Shown: piece after piece, positions 50,935-63,395 of the stretch
Numbering within the stretch: the first letter of the stretch is position 1
How the letters are laid out: every line of letters begins with the position of its first letter
Source: Mobula hypostoma
Lineage: Eukaryota
Reading direction: 5' to 3'
Assembly (NCBI RefSeq): GCF_963921235.1
Contig: NC_086107.1
Location: 101,744,001 to 101,808,000 of the forward strand
DNA length: 64,000 nt
The notes under the pieces: model-generated
The model's database searches: none
Seen by the model: the letters and a program-made list of their open reading frames with translations, nothing else
What the model was told of the DNA's origin: nothing
Position numbers and translations under genes: made by a program

Positions 50935-51912
50935 ATGAAGAAGGCTGATGATGTTGTGGATAGTGTAGAAGGTTGTTGTAGGTTACAACAGGACATTGAC
51001 AGGATGCAGAGCTGGGCTAAGAAGTGGCAGATGGAGTTCAATCCAGAAGTGTGATATGGTGCACTTTGGAAGGTGGAACTTAATGGCAGAGTAGAAATTT
51101 AATAACAGGATTCTTAGCTGTGTGGAGAAACAGAGGGATCTTGGGTATGTCCAAAGATCCCTCAAAGTTGCCATAAATTGAAAGAGTGGTTTAGAAGGTC
51201 TATTGTGTGTTGGCCTTCATTAGTCGGGGTTTCAATTCAAGAGCCACATGGTAAAGTTGCAACTCTATAAAATTCTCAATAGATCACACATAGAGTATTG
51301 TGTTCAATTCTAGTCACTTCATTATAGGAAGGATGTGGAAGCTGCAGAGGATGCAAAGGAGATTTACCAGGATGCTGCCTGAATTAGAGAATATGTCTTA
51401 AAGACAAAAAGTTGAGTGAGCTAGGGCTTTTCTCATTGGAGCGAAGGAGGTTGAGAAGAGACTTGATAGAGGTGTATAAGATGCTAAGAGGCACTGATGG
51501 AGTGGGCAGCCATAACCTTTTTCTACAAAGCTTCTACAAAGTAGCAATGGCTGATACAACATTACATACTTCTAAGGTGATTCTTCTGCTTATGCTTGTT
51601 ACTGCGCAAGCACTGTCGGACGGCTGTTATAACACGCAGTCGGTGTGAACGGCGTGGGAGTTAAATTGTGAAATAAGTTTTGGAGGAAAGTATAGGGTGG
51701 AAATCAAAGGTGAGTGTTTTACACAGAGAGTGGTATTTGAAAGAAACACACTGCCGGGGTGGTGGTAGAGTCAGATATAATAGGGATATTAAAGAGACTC
51801 TTAGATAGGTTGAAAGAAAAATGGAGGGTTATGTGAGAGGGAAGGGTTAGATTGATCTTGGAGGAGCTTAAAAGGTTGGGCTGAAGGGCATGTACTGTGC
51901 TGTGGTTCTATG
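50935..51912 (+). mobile_element. CR1 3' fragment
   Basis: LQQDIDRMQSWAKKWQMEFNP, LFSLERRRLRRDLIEVYKM. Confidence 0.9.
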
Positions 51913-53199
51913 TTAAGTAGCCTCAATTCATTTATAAAAGTATATTTTCTACAAAGAAACCAGCCTAGTTTGAATCCATTTTCTTTAAACCACTTGTTAT
52001 TTGGAGGAAGTAGAAAGAGACCTCTCCAAAAAGTTAGCACAGCCACACTGAATCAAATGCCCTTAACTCAATGTTTTTTTTGTGGTTCCAGATTAACACT
52101 GACAATTTGCTGGGTAAGTAAAAGTGTCTGGCTCAAAATGCTACTTCATTGTCAGTTCTTACTTATTGGAGTTAGGGCCTTGGTAGACTGTTGAATCAAA
52201 AAAACAATACAGTATAAAATTTTCATATCTTCATCTGACAACTAGCTACCACTTGGGATTGAATATTTTGTAGTACCCAGTTTTGGATATGAACACAGGG
52301 CTTTATCTAAAGTACACAGCCAGTAGGCCCTGGTGTGGTCTGAATTTAGACAATGAGTGTCGAATAACCAACATGGAAGGCTGTTTTCTTGGCAATTCAT
52401 TCCACAGATTTCCTCAAGTGAATTTTTTAATTTTCTGTAATATTTCTAAAATTGGGCATGGAAATAGATAAAACAGGGCTGTATCTAGATGTGGCAAGTA
52501 ACAGCGTTATCTTTCAGTATTTTAATCAAAAGCAGGGCACATGTGATGGAATCTGGTTTAGCAAGATACACATAAAGTAGATACATCAGCATTTTGACAG
52601 CCAGAAAGAGAAACACGATGAAATTGGGAATGGGTAAACTTCAAGGGTCACTGCTGTGGATCTGTATGGGTGAATAGAGGACCATACCCACATTTAAATT
52701 TTACTTATTGTGAAGGTTCACAGGCACAGAATGTTTAGTAGGCAACATGCCTTGCAGGCGTGGAATTTCAAAACATGTCCGTATCTTAAGAAAAAAATAG
52801 GGGAAAGGGGAATAAAAGGCAAAGGGCATTCTTCTCTTCGTATCTATAGTTGTAAAAGGTAATCTCTTTCCTGTAGTCTCTTGCAGTGCTAGGCCTCTCC
52901 GAATTCTCCATGCTCTGCTGAATCTAACCTGTTGCACAGACTTGATATTTAAGTATTGTGACTGCACTAGCTGGTTGTGGTTGTAAATTCTGAAATTTCC
53001 TCCATCTCTGTTGCTTCCTAAGTCACTCCATAAAATCAGCATATTTAGTAATGCTATCACTGACTTGTCCTAATATTTTCAATAGTCTGTTTAATTTTGT
53101 TTGAGAATGCTCCTGGTAAATGCCATGTTAATGTTGACATAGCATTGAAAATTGTTGTTTTCAAGTTTCTGCATTTTTTCCATAAAAATGTATAAGGAT

Positions 53200-53627
53200 G
53201 ACAGTACACTTTACACTGCACGCTGTCGGAGCAGTGCTGCCAGGAAAATCAAGGACACGACCCACCCAGCCAACACACTTTTCGTCCCTCTTCCCTCTGG
53301 GAGAAGGCTCAGGAGCTTGAAGACTCGTATGGCCAGATTTGGGAACAGCTTCTTTCCAACTGTGGTAAGACTGCTGAACGGATCCTGACCCGGATCTGGG
53401 CTGTACCCTCCAAATATCCGGACCTGCCTCTCGGTTTTTTTGCACTACCTTACTTTCCATTTTTCTATTTTCTATTTATGATTTATAATTTAATTTTTTA
53501 ATATTTACTAATTTTTACTATTTTTAATATTTGTAATCCATGGAGTGGGAAGCACAGAATCAAATATCGCTGTGATGATTGTACATTCCAGTACCAATTG
53601 TTTGGCGACAATAAAGTATAAAGTATT
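53200..53627 (+). mobile_element. Rex1/Babar LINE 3' end
   Basis: KDTTHPANTLFVPLPSGRRLRSLKTRMARFGNSFFPTVVRLLN* followed by a 3' UTR and AATAAAGTATAAAGTA tail. Confidence 0.85.
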
Positions 53628-54593
53628 AAAATCAATGTGTTCACCTATAAATTTGAATAAACCAAATGGAAATTGCTTCTCCCAGATAATTGAACTATTA
53701 GCTTGAATTATTGTTTGGAAAGAAGCCACCAGCAGTGATACAGATTTCTTACAAACAGTAGAATTACTTTGATACTGGTGCCATACAAGGCTGCATCCTT
53801 AGTCCCCCACTCTACTCCCTATGCACTTAGGACTTCATCGCCGGATTCTGCTCCAACTCCATCAACATATTTGCATATATTACCACTATGGTAGACCGTA
53901 TCTCAAATAACAATGAGGTGGAGTACAAGAAAGAGGTAGAGAACCTGGTTGCAGCTTGTTACAACAAGCCAAGAAAGCTCACTAGCACGTTTACTTCCTC
54001 AGGAGACTAAAGAAATTTGCATGTTTCCTTTGACCTGTACCAATATTATCGATGCACCATAGAAAGCATCCTATCCAAATACATTATAACTTGGTACAGC
54101 AACTGCTCTACCCGTGCCAACAAGAAACTGCAGAAAGTTGTGGACACAGTTAAACACCGCATGGAAACTAGCCTTCCCTCCATGATCTTTGTCTACACTT
54201 CTCACTGCTTCAGCAAAACAGCCAGCATAATCAAAAACCCCATCCACTTCAGACATTTAAGCAGAATCTGAGAGGAACTACTTCTATCAGAGGGTGGTGT
54301 GAATTTGAAACAAGCTGCCAGCAGAAGTGGTAGATGCTGGTTCCATTGTAACATTTAAGAGAAGTTTGGGTAGGTACATGGATGAAAAGGTTATGGAGGG
54401 CTCTGGTCTGAGCGCAAGTAGATGGGACTAGGCAGAAGAACAGGTCAGCATGAAAAGGGCTTGCTTTTGCATTGTGGTACTCTCTTCTCATCAGGCAGAA
54501 GATATAAGATCCTGAAAGTACATTTCACCAGGCTCATGGTAAGCTTCCGTCCCAATATTAAAGACTATTCAACAGAACCTTAATATGATAAGA

Positions 54594-55810
54594 TTTATTT
54601 TATTTATTTAGAGATACAGCGCAAAACAGGTCATTCTAGACCAATAATTTGTGCCACCCAGCAACCACCTATTTAATCATAGGACAATTTACAATGACTA
54701 ATTAACCTACTAAACGGTACAGCTTTGGACTGTGGGAGGAAACTGGAGCACCCAAAGGAAACCTATGCAGTAAAAACATAAGAAATAGGAGCAGGAGTAG
54801 GCCATCCAGCCCATTGAGCCTGCCCCACCATTCAATAGGATCATGGCTGATCTATCCATAAACTCAGCTCCATCTGCCTGCCATTTCCCCATAACCCTTA
54901 ATTCCCTTACTATGTAAAAACCTATCTAACTGTTTCTTAAATATATTTAGTGAAGAAGCCTCAACTGCTTCTCTGGGTAGAGAATTCCACAGATTCACCA
55001 CTCTCTGGGGGAAAAACAGTTTCTCCTCATCTCCGTCCTAAATCTTCTCCCCTGAATCTTGAAGCAACGTCCCCTAGTTCTAGTCTCACCTATCAATGGA
55101 AACAACTTTCCTACTTCTATCTTATCTATCCCATTCAAAATTTTGTATGTTTCTATAAGATTCCTTCTCATTCTTCTGAAGTCCAGAGAGTATAGTCCCA
55201 GGCAACTCAATCTCTCCTCATAGGTTAACCCCTTCCTCCCTGGAATCAACCTGGTGAACCTCCTCTGCACTGCCTCCAAAGCCAGTATATCCTTCCTCAA
55301 GTATAGAGACCAGAACTGCACACAGTACTCCAGGTGCAGCCTCATCAGTACCCTGCATAGTTGCAGCATGACCTTCCTGCTCTTGAATTCAATCCCTCTA
55401 GCAATGAAGGCCAACATTCTGTTTGCCTTCTTAATAACCTGTTGTACCTGCAAGCCAACTTTTTATGATTCATGAACAAGCACTCCCAAGTCCCTCTGCA
55501 CAACAGCATGCTGCAATCTTTCACCTTTTAAATAATAATCTTCTCTTCTATTATTCCTTCCAAAGTGAGTGAGCTTGCATTTACCAACGTTGTATTCCAT
55601 CTGCCAGACCTTAGCCCACTCACTTAACCTATCTATATCCCTCTGTAGATGCTCCACATCCTCTGTACAATTTGCTTTTCCACTCAGTTTAGTGTCGTCA
55701 GTAATGGGGAGAACAGATGAACTCTGTAGACCATGCTGGAATTGAACTCCGAGTCTGACGCCCCGAGCTGTAATAGCATCACACTAACTGCTACACTACC
55801 TTCAGTGCCC
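54594..55810 (-). mobile_element. V-SINE-like element split by CR1
   Basis: Tail at 54594-54770 and tRNA head at 55700-55810. Confidence 0.75.
54774..55698 (-). mobile_element. Well-preserved CR1 3' end inserted in a SINE
   Basis: ORFs 54995-55453 and 55463-55657 encode the CR1 RT C-terminus. TSD CAGTAA (54768-54773 / 55699-55704). Confidence 0.92.
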
Positions 55811-56554
55811 TGATAGACGCTTGACCTCTGAATCTAACTCGTTATGACTTTGCACCTTCACTCTCTGTGTAATACCCTGTGTACCTGTACTTCACTCTCT
55901 CTGTAACACCTTAGTCTATACTCTTATTGTTTTACTTTGTACTACTTCTATGCACTGTTCTAATGAAATAATCACTAAGAGCGGAATGCAAGACAGGTTG
56001 TTCACTGTATCTTGGAATATGATAATATTGAACTAATTTACCAGTTTATGAATGCAAGTTGCTACCTCTGTCATTTCATCCAGAAATATTGTTTAATTTG
56101 GTGGGAGGGTGGTGGGGGTGGGTGAGAAGGGAGCAGTGGAACAGGATTTTCAGTTCCCAATTGCTCATTTCTAAATTAGAAAATGTAGACCGGATTAATG
56201 AAGAGCGGATTATGTAGGATAGGAAGGTGGGATCCAGATAACTAAGTGTCCCACTGATGCCCAAGTATCAGCCTAATATCATGTACGTAAATTGACAACT
56301 AGTGAACCCACCTGAAGGGCAAAAGTGCTTTTAAAGACTGTCCAGCATCCCCCAAATCCTTCTTGGATTAGCTATATACAACTCCAGTGCCTGTCATAGG
56401 AAGATTGAAAAATTCCAGGGAAGTTTGATGTTTGGCATGTTTGTGTGAAAAGATGCAATATGCTAGATGTATGTATGATTCTTGTTTATTGCAGGCTTGC
56501 CAAAAGCTACTATAAAATTTCCTGTGCTATATGAATCAAGTGATTTGAGATCCA

Positions 56555-56756
56555 ATCACAAACAAAAGAAAACCTGCAGATTCTGGAAATGCAAGCACAT
56601 ACACAAAGTGCTGGAGGAACTCAGCAGGCCAGGCAGCATCTATGGGAAAGAGTACAGTCGACGTTTCAGGCTGAAACCCTTCAGCAGGACTGGACCCAAA
56701 ACGTTGTCTGTATTCTGGCCTGGCCTGATGCGTCTCTCCAGCATTTTGTGTGTATA
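56555..56756. mobile_element. Penelope-terminus inverted insertion
   Basis: TSD ATTTGAGATCCA (56543-56554 / 56757-56768). The hammerhead core is mutated to CTGCTGA. Confidence 0.85.
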
Positions 56757-56934
56757 ATTTGAGATCCAGTCATTTTTCAGTGGTATTATTTGAAAGAGTA
56801 ATTGATCTACTGAAAACAAAACAGAATAATTGCATTTATTGTTTGGCATCAATCAACCAGACTTGGGTAATTTTCATTATGCTACAATGGCCAGAAGTAG
56901 CATATTACAAAGAAACATATGTGAATGGATTCTG

Positions 56935-57510
56935 GTTAATTTGTCCGTAAGTTAATCAGGGCAGCTGCTTATTTAACACAACTCTTAAAGAACAAAAGTT
57001 AATCAGGAAAAATCGCCAGGATTTCCCTCATTTATTTAGGACACTATGCCACTTAATTGGGACAGGAGACTGTTACCAAACAGTTTCTAACTGGTGCCAG
57101 TTACATGATCTGGTGTGACTGTTGGATGCTACACTGTGCTTAGAGCGAACAGTTTTTAAATAGTGTCAGTTGCATATGTTTGTGTTCAAAAGCAATGATT
57201 TTTGTCACTGATAGTTGGTAAGAAATAAGCAGTAATGCTATTTAGAATTGTTTTGTTCACTGCAGTTTCAAGCTTTCAGGCTTGGAGATGCCAGAAATGA
57301 CCAAGAGTGAAAATGAAACTATTTCACTACTTCAATAAATTAGGAACTACGAAGAATTTGAAGGTATCGACAACAATCTTGAATGTTACAATGAAAATGA
57401 AGAGTTGGAGGGTGCAATCGTCAAAAGCATTGTATGAAGGCTGTCCATAATCTGCACGATATGTCTGCACTGATTTTACTCATTTACGGTCAATCAAAAG
57501 AACGCGGCAG
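56935..57510 (+). mobile_element. Second copy of the Tigger/pogo-like remnant
   Basis: Extensive similarity to 30010-30400. Confidence 0.65.
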
Positions 57511-58962
57511 CATGTTGGTTGTCTGTTGTATCCAATGATGACAGTGAAACCTGCATGGGACAGTTTTTAAAGTGGAAAAACCATTGCATAGGAACAGTTT
57601 CACTCTCTTGACCTTGGATGTCTGGGTCCAGTGGGTTATGGTCCATCTACACACATATGTCTAAATAAGAATTGTGATGTAGGCTTGAGATTATTCCTCA
57701 GAATTTTATTAAGTATTCTCCTGTAGTCAAGGCCATAGAGGCCTCTAATGATTTCTGTGCATCTGGCACATTGCAATCTGTTTTATTAAATGGTCTTAAA
57801 TTTACATTAGGAAGAGGTTAGACTAAAACAATAAAATAATCCAGGGTCATACATTGGTTTGATTTGGGGTCAGTTATCTTTCAATCATCCTTGAAATGCA
57901 GGATGCTGATTCCTGAAACTAATTCTGATTACTCCTGCTTTAGGCTTGTTAAATAAGGACTAATTTTTATCTTGTAATGCCTGACACAGAAATGCTAATG
58001 ACTATTGCCTGTCAAAATATCTAAAATGAATTTACTTAAGCTTGCATAATGCTGACAAGTCAAGTAATTGCATTCAAAAAAATTCTATTCCATCTTACAG
58101 TATATGTATTTAATTTTTTATACCCTCTGCCCTCAAGAAAAGCAGAATATGGTAATTGGTGATGTGGTTGTCACAGAATCTTTCATTGTTGTATTAATGA
58201 CACGTTCATGATGAGCTGATTAACTAAAATGCCTGTGCAGATTGTTTAGATAAACTGCCAGCAAACTGGAATCAGATCTGCATAGAACCCAAGCAAAGAC
58301 ATTTGGGTGACTTTTCTTAAATGTTAGTCCTATTAGAGTTCTATTTTGGGAAAGGTTGAATTGATGAACTCATGCAGTGCCCTCTGGGCTAAGAAAGGGA
58401 ACAATCAACAAAAGCTCCTACTAGTCATTATCAGGAAATGATTCCTGCTGCAAAGTGCATGTCACCTATGCCTCAGTCAGTAGCTGAGTAAGAAAGGTGC
58501 TCTGTCCCATTTCAGAATCTTGAGCATGGAATCCAGGCTGGCATTCCAGTACATATTTGAAGGGGTGCTGCGCTATTATAGAATATAGAACAGTATAGTA
58601 CAGGAACAGGCTCTTTTGGCCCACAATGTCTCTGCTGAACACAACACCAAATTGAACTAAACTTCCTCTGCCTGTACATGATCCATATCTTTCTATTTCT
58701 TGCATGTTCATATGTTTATCCAAAAGCCTCTTAAATGCCCTGATCATATCTGAACATAGAACAGTACATCACAGGAATAGGGCATTTGGCCCACAATGTT
58801 GTGCCAAACCAGCAAAAAGTAAATCAAAAACACACACTAATCCTTCCTACCTACACCATGTCCATATCCCTCCATCTTCCTTATTTCCATGTGCCTATTC
58901 AAATGTCTCCTAAAAGCCTCTGATATATTTGCCTCTACCATCATAACAGACAGCACATTCCA

Positions 58963-59193
58963 TCTCTTTGAGGTATGCCTACCCTGAAGAAGTTTAAATC
59001 CTCTCTTCGACGGGAGTTCAGTGAGACCCTCTCTCACTGCTCCCCCTCTGTGATCTCCGCCTCTCTCCGCAACTCCTTCCCCATCTTTCATCCTTCAGTC
59101 CTGACGAAGGGTTCCAGCCCGAAACGTCGACTCATCGTTTCTAACTGATGCTGCACGACCTGCTGAGTTCATCCAGCGTACTGAAAGTGTTTC
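58963..59193 (+). mobile_element. Penelope-terminus insertion of a second subfamily, inside CR1
   Basis: TSD CACATTCCA (58954-58962 / 59194-59202). Intact hammerhead motif. Confidence 0.8.
59097..59132 (+). ncRNA. Minimal hammerhead ribozyme motif (variant stem II)
   Basis: AGTC CTGACGA A GGGT TCCA GCCC GAAACGTC GACT. Confidence 0.78.
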
Positions 59194-60234
59194 CACATTC
59201 CACGCATCCTCTACTCTCTGAGTAGAAAACTTTCCTCTCACCTCCCTCTTGAACTTACTTCCTCTCACCTTCAATGCATGCCTTCTGGTATTAGACATTT
59301 CAACCCAGGGAAACAGATACTCCCTGCCCAGTCTATGCCTCTCATAATCTTGTAAACCTCTATCAGTTCTCCCTCAGCCTTCAATAGTCCAGAGAAAATA
59401 ACTCAAGTTTACCCAGCCTCTCATGATAGCACATGCCTTCTAAATCAGGCAACGTCCTGCTAAACCTCTTCTGCACCCTCTCCAAAGCCTCAACATCCTC
59501 CCTGTAGTAGGACAACCAGAAATGTACACAATACTCCAGATGTGGCCTAACCAGAGTTTTAGAAGTTGCAACATAACCTCTTGACTTTTGAACTTAATGC
59601 TTTGACTAATAAAAGCAAGCATTCCATAAGTCTTCTCAACCACCTTATCCACCTGTGTACCCACTTTCAAGAAGCTATGTTCTTGGATCCCAAGATCTTT
59701 CTGCTCAGCAACGCTGTTAAGGACCTAGCCTTTAACAGTGTACTGTCTCCTTGCATTTGCCCAACAAAGATGCAATACCTCACATTTATTTGGGATAAAC
59801 TCCATCTGTCTTTTCTCAGGCCCTATCTGCATCAGATCTATATGATACTGTATTCTTTGCCAGTCTTCTACACTATCTACAACTCCACCAATCTTGGTAT
59901 CATCTACAAATTTACTAACCCACCCATCTACATTTTCATCCAGGTCATTTATACACATCACAAACAGCAGAGGTCCCAGCATAGATCTCTGCGGAACTCC
60001 ACTAATTACAGACCTCCAGCTCAAATAAGTTCCTTCAACCACTACCCTCTGTCTTCTATCAACAAGCCAGCTCTGAATCCAAACAGCCAATTTGCCACAG
60101 ACCCCATGCATCTTAATCTTCTGGATTAGCCTCATGAGAGACTTTGCCAAATGTCTTACTAAAATCCATGTAGACAACATCCACTGCCCTACCCTCATCA
60201 ATCTCTCTAATCATCATGTGAAAAAACTCAGTCC

Positions 60235-61095
60235 AAATCAGGTTTGATTATCACTGGCATATATCTTGAAATTTAGTAATTTTACAGCAGCAGCTCAATG
60301 CAATATATGATAATATAGAAAGAAAAAGATAAATTGATTAGTGTGTGTATATAGAATAGTTTTAAATAGTGCAAAAACAGAAATAATATATTTTTAAGTG
60401 AGATAGTGTTCATGAGTTCAATGTCCATTTAGGAATCACATGGCAGAAGGGAAGAAGCTGTTTCTGAATAGCTGAGTGTGTGCCTTCAGGCATCTGTGCC
60501 TCCTTCCTGATGGTAACAATGAAAAGAGGGCATGCCCTGGGTGATGGATATTGCCTTTCTGAGGCACCACTCATTGAAGATATCTTGGGTACTACAAAGG
60601 CTAGTGTCCAAGATGGAGCTGTCTAATTTTTGACTTTTTGTAGCTTCTTTTGGTCCTGTGCAGTAGCAACCGCACCGCACCCCCCCCCCCGCCAATCCGG
60701 TAAAACAGTGATGCAGCCTATCAGAATGCTCTCCACAGTACATCAATAGAAGTTTTTGAGTGTTTTCAAACTCCAAATGAAATATAGCAGCTGTCTTGAT
60801 TTCTTTATAACTGCTTTAATAGGTTGGGACTAGGTTAGATCCTCAGAGATCTTGACACCCAGGAACTTGAAATTGCTCCCTTTCTCTACTTCTAATCCCT
60901 CTTTGAGGATTGGTTCACGTAACCTCGTCTTACCCTTCCTGATGTCCACAATCAACTCTTTTGTTTTACTGACACTGAGTGCAAGGTTGTTGCTGCGACA
61001 CCAATCAACTAGCTGGTATATCTTGCCCCTGTATACCCTCTCATCTCAATCTGAGATTCTTCCAATGGTTGTGTCATCAGCAAATTTATAGATGG
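60235..61095 (-). mobile_element. Rex-type LINE fragment
   Basis: KFADDTT...L..WCRSNNLALSVSKTKELIVD remnant and a Rex-like 3' UTR. Confidence 0.75.
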
Positions 61096-61161
61096 TAAGG
61101 AATGACTGCTATGCACAATGAAATGCTGGCTCTCCCTAATTAGGCCATGGGTTTCCAAATA

Positions 61162-61164
<3 letters not shown>

Positions 61165-61192
<28 letters not shown>
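61165..61192. repeat. (AT)n microsatellite
   Basis: Pure AT dinucleotide run. Confidence 0.95.
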
Positions 61193-63174
61193 CCTCCCTC
61201 TAAGAATTTTCTCCAGCAATTTCCCTACAACTGATGTGAGACTCACTGTTCTATAGTTTACAGGATTTTCCCTTGTTCCCTTCTTAAATAGAGGTACAAC
61301 ATTAGCCACTCGCCAGTCCTCCGGGACCGTGTCTGTGGCTAGAGAGAACACAAATGATAATGGTCAAGGGGCCCACAGTCTCATCTCTTGTCTTCCTTCA
61401 ATAACCTGGCGTAAATTCCATCAGTCCCTGGGGACTTATCCACCTTAATACTCATTAAGAGGCCCAACACTTCTTCCTGTTTGTTCTCTAAACACCCTAA
61501 TGTATTTATACACTCAGTACTTATTTCCTGGTCCTCCATACCCTATTCCTTGGTAAATACTGAAGCAAAGTACTCATTGGGTATCTCATTCACATTCTCT
61601 GTATCCAAGCAAATGTTCCACCCTTTTATCCTTGAATGACCCTATCCTCTCCCTAGTTTTCCTCTTACTCCTCATGTATGTATACAGTACCTTGGGATTT
61701 ACTTTAATCCTATTTGCCAAGGACTTTTCATGGCCTCTCCTGGCTTTCCTAATTCCTTTCTTTAGTTCTTTTCTGGCTTCATTATACTTGTATTCTTTGT
61801 TTGTTCCTAACTTCTGAAGCTTCATATACTTTTCCTTTTTCTTCTTGACTAAATTCATCACCTCTCTGGATATCAAAGGTTCTCTTATCTGTCCATCCCT
61901 GTCCTTGCTTCCAACAGGAACATACCTTTCCTGTACTCTGTGCAATTGATCTTTAAACATCCTCCATGTGTCTGATGAGGATTTGCCAGAGAAAAGGTGT
62001 TCCCAATTAACTCTTCTTAGTTCCTGCCTAATGCCTTTGTAATTTGCCCACAAAGACCATAGCTATCCTGAACATCAAGAAGTTGTGGTGACTGTTCTCT
62101 ATCTGTTCACCCACTGAAAGGTCAATCACCTAGCTAGGCTTATTATCCAACACCAGGTCCAGAATGGCTCCTCCTCTCATTGGACTGTTCAGATTTAAGA
62201 AACCTTCCTGGATACACTTAAATTCTGCCAGTCTAAACCTTTTACACTAAGGAGGTCCCATTTTATATTAGGGAAGTTGAAATCCCCCATGACAACAACT
62301 CTATTCCTTTTACACATATCCTCCTTCTGATTACATATCTGTTCCTCAATGTCCCAGTAGGTATTAGGGGGTCTATAGTACAATCCCATTCCAGGCACCT
62401 ACCATCCTACCACTCTCTGTTTTAAAAAAAAACTTGTTTTGCATATCTCCTTTAAACTTTCTCCCTCTCATGTTAATTATATATCACCTTGTATTTAATA
62501 TTTGCTTCCCAGTGTTTGCCAAGATCGTGCTGGAATATAACAATTCTTTGCAAGCTGTTCTTAGCAGATCCAATTTTAACCTCAGAGACAGACTCTGACT
62601 GTCTGCCCCATCTATGCCTCACATAATTTTCTATCAGGTCTCCTCTAATCTAGGCAAGGAACCTCTTCTGTGGTTTCAGTGGCTCCAGGTCCTTGCTGTA
62701 ATGGGGCAACCTGAACTGCATACAATTATGTAAGTGCAGCCTAACTGAAGTTTTATATATACTTTTGTATTCATTGCCTCAACCAATAAAGGCAAGCATA
62801 CTGTATGCCTTCTTGACCAACCTATCTACTTGTGTGGCCACTTTCAGTGAATTATGGACTTGGACCCAGGATCCCTCTGCACATCAAAGCTGTTAAGGGT
62901 TCTGCCATTAACTATATAATTTTCCCTTCCAAAGTGAACCAGCTCACACTTGCTCAGATTAAGTTCCATCTGCTGTTTATATGCCTATAACTGATGTATA
63001 ATCCTGCTGTACCCTTTGAAATCCCTTTACTCTGTCCACAATTCCGCCAATCTATGTGTCAACCCATGCATCTACATTTTCATCCAAATAATTTATATAC
63101 ATCACAAACAAGAGGCCTTAAGACCAATCCCTATGGAACACCACTGGTCACAGCCATCCAACTAGAACATTGCA

Positions 63175-63395
63175 GGGCACTGCTGTAGCACAGCATTAGC
63201 ACAATGCTATTACAGCTTTGTGGGGGGGTAGGGGGTAGAGTTCAATTCTGGCATAGTCGGTAAGGAGTTTGTGCATTCTCTCCATCACCGTGTTGGTCTC
63301 TTCTGGGTGCTTCAGTTTCCTCCTGTAGTCTAAAGTACAGGTTAGCCCGAAAGAACCTGTTCCACACCGTATCTGTAAATAAAATAAATAAACAA
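63175..63395 (+). mobile_element. V-SINE-like element
   Basis: GGCAC..GTAGC head, GAGTTCAATTC B-box, GAGTTTGTGCATTCTC core, AATAAA tail. Confidence 0.75.

Larger units (their letters stand above)
53775..56045 (+). mobile_element. Rex-type LINE fragment with nested CR1 piece, SINE and CR1
   Basis: YRCTIESILSKYIITWYSNC RT C-terminal remnant, interrupted at about 54255-54480 and 54594-55810. Confidence 0.7.
58580..60230 (-). mobile_element. CR1 RT and 3' ends
   Basis: SGVPQRSMLGPLLF..INDLD..SKFVDDTKIGG and (TTCTA)n-like tails. Confidence 0.9.
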
